Assembly (NCBI GenBank): GCA_029288895.1
Contig: JARIGK010000004.1
Span: forward strand, 175,866-239,865
DNA length: 64,000 nucleotides
Source: Candidatus Adlerbacteria bacterium
GTDB lineage: Bacteria; Patescibacteriota; Minisyncoccia; Phycocordibacterales; SBAW01
Direction: 5' to 3'
The translations under genes and the position numbers were made by a program. This document shows, piece by piece, positions 59,484-64,000 of the stretch (the stretch's first letter is position 1; every line of letters begins with the position of its first letter). A model generated the notes under the pieces. The model saw only the letters and a list, made by a program, of their open reading frames with translations. It was not told the DNA's origin and made no database searches.

Positions 59484-61313
59484 ATGTGCGGAATCATTGG
59501 CTATGCCGGCAGCCGGAACGCAGCGCCTCTGCTGCTCCAAGGCCTTCGTCGGCTCGAGTACCGCGGGTACGATAGCGCAGGGGTTGCAACACTTACATGC
59601 GAAGGTATTGCTCATCGTCGTGCGGTGGGTAAGCTCGTTAATCTCGAAGCATTGCTCGAAAAGGAGCCCCTCCTTGGCACTGTTGGCATCGGCCACAACC
59701 GGTGGGCAACCCACGGCAAGCCGACTGTTGAAAACGCCCACCCGCACACCTCGTGCAACGGGCGGGTCGCGGTGGTGCACAACGGCACCATCGAGAACTA
59801 TATCGAACTCCGCAAGGAACTTGAGGCAGAAGGGTGTACCTTCAGCTCAGAGACGGATACGGAAGTTGTCGCGCACCTTGTTGAACGGGCGCTGCGTACG
59901 GGAGTTCCGTCACTTGAAGATGCGGTGGCTGCATCGCTCACGCATCTGCGTGGTGCGTATGCACTGGCTATTATCTCTGCTGAGCATCCAGGGGAGATTG
60001 TGGCTGCACGTTTGAGCAGCGCGTTGTTCATTGGGTTCGGGGCCGAAGGCGTGATGCTTTCGTCCGACGAAGTCGGGTTCAACGGGTCAGCGTCCGAGGT
60101 GTTGGCATTAGAGGATGGCGAAGTTGCCACTCTTTGTGCCGACGGCTCGCGTCGTCTGCGCGGAGTTTCCGCCGAGGATATGCAGGCACGTATCACCCCT
60201 CCGAGCGTGTCACTGGACGACATCGACAAGGGCGGCTACCCGCACTTGATGCTCAAGGAGATCGATGAGCAACCCGACGCCATTCGCAATGTGCTGCGCG
60301 GAAGGCTTGGGACAAATAGCATCAAACTCGGAGGTGTCGAGGCTATCAAAGGACGTCTTGCTGATTCGCGACGCATATATATGGTCGCGTGCGGCACGTC
60401 CTATCACGCTGCGTTGTTCGGCAAGCGCCTCATTGAAGGGCTTGTGCGCATACCAGTCGAAGTTGCGCTTGCGTCCGAGTTCTTCCACGAAGATGTGCTT
60501 GTCGACAAAAGAGACTCCGTCATTGGTGTCTCACAGTCGGGGTCGACCTTCGATACGCTGCGTGCTATCGAGCTCGCCAAAAAGCGCAAGGCGTTGACGT
60601 TCGGCATCACCAACCGTGTCGGGTCTGAACTCGCCCAGCTCACTGGTGCGGGAATCTACCTGCATGTGGGGCCCGAATGCGCAGTCGCATCGACGAAGGC
60701 TTTCACTGGTCAGGCGACAGCGTTTGCACTTTTGGCATTGCGGTTGGCATACGAACGTGGGTACATGCAAGACATCCAGCCGCTCATCCGAGGGTTGGCG
60801 ATGTTGCCGAAGTGGGTTGAACAAGCCCTTCGAACCCGTGCGCAGATACAGTCGATCGTTGCGTCCATTTCCAAGGCGCAGCGAGCGATCTTTATCGGCC
60901 GAGGGTATGGCGTGCCGCTTGCACTTGAGGGCGCGCTGAAGCTCAAAGAAGTTGCCTATATCGATGCACACGGCTATGCCGCGGGCGAACTCAAACACGG
61001 GCCGCTGGCCTTGGTTGAAGAGGGTACGCCCGTTGTTGCCGTCGCACTTCGTTCAAAAGTGCATACAGCAATGCTTGCCAACATGGAAGAAGCAAAGGCG
61101 CGAGGGGCGCATGTCATTGCTCTTGCAACACAAGGTGACTATGAGGTGCCGTGTGTTGCAGACGAGTGCATTGAGCTTCCGGACATCCCGGAAGAACTCA
61201 TGGCCATCGTCGGTGCCATCCCTTTGCAACTGCTTGCCTATGAGTGGGGAGTAGCGAAAGGTTTGGACGTCGATCAGCCGCGTAACTTGGCTAAATCAGT
61301 TACCGTTGGGTAA
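59484..61313 (+). CDS. glmS: Glutamine--fructose-6-phosphate transaminase (isomerizing)
   Basis: MCGIIG, LEYRGYDSAG, GHNRWATHG, SQSG, VASTKAF, PRNLAKSVTV. Confidence 0.97.
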   Translation: MCGIIGYAGSRNAAPLLLQGLRRLEYRGYDSAGVATLTCEGIAHRRAVGKLVNLEALLEKEPLLGTVGIGHNRWATHGKPTVENAHPHTSCNGRVAVVHNGTIENYIELRKELEAEGCTFSSETDTEVVAHLVERALRTGVPSLEDAVAASLTHLRGAYALAIISAEHPGEIVAARLSSALFIGFGAEGVMLSSDEVGFNGSASEVLALEDGEVATLCADGSRRLRGVSAEDMQARITPPSVSLDDIDKGGYPHLMLKEIDEQPDAIRNVLRGRLGTNSIKLGGVEAIKGRLADSRRIYMVACGTSYHAALFGKRLIEGLVRIPVEVALASEFFHEDVLVDKRDSVIGVSQSGSTFDTLRAIELAKKRKALTFGITNRVGSELAQLTGAGIYLHVGPECAVASTKAFTGQATAFALLALRLAYERGYMQDIQPLIRGLAMLPKWVEQALRTRAQIQSIVASISKAQRAIFIGRGYGVPLALEGALKLKEVAYIDAHGYAAGELKHGPLALVEEGTPVVAVALRSKVHTAMLANMEEAKARGAHVIALATQGDYEVPCVADECIELPDIPEELMAIVGAIPLQLLAYEWGVAKGLDVDQPRNLAKSVTVG

Positions 61314-61317
61314 CACC

Positions 61318-61358
61318 ATCGCCGACTCTCTCACGAGAGCCGGCGATTTTTCTTTTTT
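61318..61358 (+). terminator. glmS terminator
   Basis: ATCGCCG-a-CTCTC...GAGAG-c-CGGCGAT followed by a T-tract. Confidence 0.75.
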
Positions 61359-61457
61359 CGTAACACTTGACGAAGTTTTTACGGAAGAACAAGAAATAAA
61401 TAATAGCTGCCACAAAAGAAAAACCGTCGCCTCAGGGAGAGGCAACGGCTCTAATAT

Positions 61458-61802
61458 CTAACCGCCCAGATCGATGTGGTGATATATCTTCACGTCTGTT
61501 GTGATTTTATTTTCACGGAAGATCTGGCAAACTTTCTCACACATATCGAGTGCGCTCTTTGTGAGGGTGGGGTCGTATTCGCCGGGGCCTTTGCTTGCAG
61601 GGAGCCAATCAAGCTCAAGAACTTTGACGCCGCTACCGACAAGGTCTCCGTGCATATAGATACGCTCAAACCTGAGGCCGTCGTAATTAACCGCTTCGGC
61701 GTCATAGAACAGCCTCGTTATAAACGGGTTGTCCTTGTCGACCTCTTCGAGGCGGTCATTCCTGACACCTACCCAGATGAAGTAGCAGGCATACGTCGTC
61801 AT
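61458..61802 (-). CDS. Hypothetical protein
   Basis: 114 aa; SD AAAGGAG; downstream hairpin with an A-tract on the + strand. Confidence 0.62.
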   Translation of the reverse strand: MTTYACYFIWVGVRNDRLEEVDKDNPFITRLFYDAEAVNYDGLRFERIYMHGDLVGSGVKVLELDWLPASKGPGEYDPTLTKSALDMCEKVCQIFRENKITTDVKIYHHIDLGG

Positions 61803-61967
61803 CGTGTTGCTCCTTTAGGATTGAGTATCGGACCGGAGGCGGTCCTCATATACAAGAGGTACCGTTGTGTAAGCGCCTCCTGAGCACCATATTCTTTTAT
61901 TTTTGTATAATAAAACTATTGAATAGTCAATTATCCCTATTGTTCGTTATAAAGATTGGAAAAATAT

Positions 61968-62693
61968 ATGAGAACAAAAACTCAAGAACAGATCGAAATG
62001 ATACGCCAGGTCCAGAAGGCGACCGAGGCTGCGATGGCAGCAGTTATTGAGTACGTAAAGACAGCAGATGAGCCGACATCAGAAAATGCACACAAAATTA
62101 TTGACCAAGTACTCGAGGCGCATGACTGCGAATCGCCCGAAGGAAACATTGTCGCAAGCGGCGAACAGGGTGTTGAGCCACACGACATAGGGAGCGGAAT
62201 AATACAAAAAGGCACAGTCGTTGTTATTGATATTTACCCGCGCTCAAAGACGAATGCGTATTTTGCTGATATGACACGTACGGTGTGTGTCGGCGAAGCG
62301 CCCCCGGCACTCAAAGATATGTATAGGGTAGTACTTGAAGCGCAAACGCTCGGCATATCTCTGCTGCGGCCTGGTGCGTCGTGCGGTGAGATCCATGCTG
62401 CGGTTGCAAAAGTCTTTACTGACGCGGGTTATGTAACGTCAGGAAAAGGGAAAGAATTTCCATTTGCAGAAGGGTTCGTGCACGGCGTTGGACATGGCGT
62501 TGGTTTAGAGATCCACGAAGCGCCAAGTATTTCAAGAAATAGTACCGACATCCTCCAAGAAGGGGATGTTGTCACGGTAGAGCCCGGGCTCTATTACAAA
62601 GGTGTTGGTGGCATCCGTTTGGAAGACATGCTTTTGATAACTCCCAATGGGGCAGAAAATCTTACTGATTTTCCAAAAGTATTTGAGATATAA
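61968..62693 (+). CDS. M24 family metallopeptidase (Xaa-Pro aminopeptidase catalytic domain)
   Basis: VIDIYP...YFADMTRT, HGVGHGVGLEIHE, TVEPGLY, GIRLED. Confidence 0.93.
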   Translation: MRTKTQEQIEMIRQVQKATEAAMAAVIEYVKTADEPTSENAHKIIDQVLEAHDCESPEGNIVASGEQGVEPHDIGSGIIQKGTVVVIDIYPRSKTNAYFADMTRTVCVGEAPPALKDMYRVVLEAQTLGISLLRPGASCGEIHAAVAKVFTDAGYVTSGKGKEFPFAEGFVHGVGHGVGLEIHEAPSISRNSTDILQEGDVVTVEPGLYYKGVGGIRLEDMLLITPNGAENLTDFPKVFEI

Positions 62694-62730
62694 AATGTTA
62701 CGAAAGGTTCAAAAGAAAGTATTGAAGACT

Positions 62731-62759
62731 CCCTCCATACATGGAGGGTTTTTCTTTTT
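62731..62759 (+). terminator. Intrinsic terminator
   Basis: CCCTCCAT-ac-ATGGAGGG followed by a T-tract. Confidence 0.75.
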
Positions 62760-62790
62760 CACCTCGCGTTCAGTGACACTCATGCATACT
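62758..62790 (+). promoter_or_regulatory. TTCA-N7-TTCA box plus -10 element (CATACT)
   Basis: 17-mer identical to the reverse complement of 27296-27312, with the same 12-nt spacing to the -10. Confidence 0.65.
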
Positions 62791-62800
62791 TTGGATGTTT

Positions 62801-63682
62801 ATGAGAAGGGGAATGTCATTGATGACTTTTTTTGTTGCGCTCCTGATGATGGCCATACTGCCGGCATCTGTCATTGCGCAAGGTACATCTGCCACGACAG
62901 GGCAGACGCCTGATTTCGTTCCTGCAGAAGACGCTGGCACGTCTGCAAACTGGGCGGGCTATGCCGCGCAAAAAGATGGAAACGTGTACACCGGAGTGTC
63001 TGCGAGCTGGACTATACCGACTGTTGTGGCAACGGGCACGGCACCGGTGCAAGCTGATGCAACATGGGTTGGCGTTGGTGGAGTTGTGTCGCGCGATTTG
63101 ATTCAAGCAGGTACGCAAGCAGTGGTGCAGAATGGACGCGTGCAATACGAAGCGTGGTACGAATTGTTGCCCGACTATCAAACGCATATTTCTTTGCCTG
63201 TGCATGCAGATGATTCTATAAGTGTTTCGATTTCAGAAGTTGCAGAAAATAATTGGAGTATAGTGTTCGTCAATAACACAACAGGGAAGACATACCAAAA
63301 AACACTCGAGTACGAATCATCAAAATCTTCGGCCGAATGGATACAAGAGATGCCTGTCGGTGGCGTGGGAAGAGTGCTCTCGTACTTACCGCTCGATGAC
63401 TTCGGGCAGGTCGCATTTGCTAACGCAAACGCAACGGTGGATGGCCAGGTAGAGTCTGCACGGGAGGCCGACGCACAAGCGCTCACCATGGTCCAAGGCC
63501 GGGGGCACCTCCTTGCCCGACCTTCGACGTTTGGGTCTGATGGTGCGGGGTTTAGTGTCGCGCGTGCATCTGGAGGTGCGCGTATGGCAGAAAATTCGAT
63601 GCTCGGCTTGCCGAGAAATGTTGCAAACAAATCATTTTTTATCTTGTTTGGTGGCGGCCAGTTTATTTTGGTCTTCCGGTAG
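62801..63682 (+). CDS. Secreted G1 family glutamic endopeptidase (eqolisin/peptidase A4)
   Basis: Signal peptide; SANWAGY, WVGVGG, LIQAGT (catalytic Gln), AWYE, SSAEWIQE (catalytic Glu). Confidence 0.9.
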   Translation: MRRGMSLMTFFVALLMMAILPASVIAQGTSATTGQTPDFVPAEDAGTSANWAGYAAQKDGNVYTGVSASWTIPTVVATGTAPVQADATWVGVGGVVSRDLIQAGTQAVVQNGRVQYEAWYELLPDYQTHISLPVHADDSISVSISEVAENNWSIVFVNNTTGKTYQKTLEYESSKSSAEWIQEMPVGGVGRVLSYLPLDDFGQVAFANANATVDGQVESAREADAQALTMVQGRGHLLARPSTFGSDGAGFSVARASGGARMAENSMLGLPRNVANKSFFILFGGGQFILVFR

Positions 63683-64000
63683 GTTGATGCTGGTAACGCT
63701 GTCTCTGCTGATACGTGCAGCATCTTTGTGCTTCTCCTGTATCGATGAGATGCAGGAGCCGTTCTATGTATTAGCTACTGATATCCACACCAACAAAGAA
63801 AAAGCGTTATATCACAACGCGTAATTCTTTAGTATGATTATCTGCATACAGGGCAATCGCACGTCGCGGTATGCCTTTTCTTTTTTCTCATAAAAAACTA
63901 GCAGCTCAATTCTCGAATACCTTTGCTCAGAGGTATTTTTTGCTACAAAAAACAGTCACGTGTGTGACGGTGCTTTCGCTCGTCTTTAGCACCTACGCTG

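Overview
Bacterial chromosomal segment, genetic code 11, most likely from a Patescibacteria/CPR (Parcubacteria-like) genome. That assignment is an inference from the minor-pilin cluster, gatCA without gatB, a shortened RF2, a cluster-less MutY, class F sortases and many apparently leaderless genes. Core genes: ligA, gatCA, prfB, ftsEX, pyrG, a DEAD-box helicase, lexA, msrB, mutY, rnj, secG, groES/groEL and glmS, plus 7 tRNAs, RND and MFS efflux operons, envelope/stress genes and scattered single-gene orphans. The most notable structure is a ~4.2 kb island directly after tRNA-Gln (15.85-20.06 kb). In it, small co-oriented genes are separated by three copies of an 89-bp element with imperfect terminal inverted repeats and two copies of a 33-bp element with a XerD-arm-like sequence. 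This looks like a gene-cassette array that is neither an integron nor a CRISPR, and no recombinase is present in the window. Other highlights: a LexA with Cys-Asp in place of the Ala-Gly cleavage site; a TTMA-N7-TTMA promoter box shared by three genes; two sortase F/xPNTG substrate pairs; an Alphaproteobacteria-like XRE regulator that looks horizontally acquired; a non-canonical initiator tRNA; and a fusion paralog linking two hypothetical envelope genes. All calls come from reading the sequence by eye; no database searches were run.
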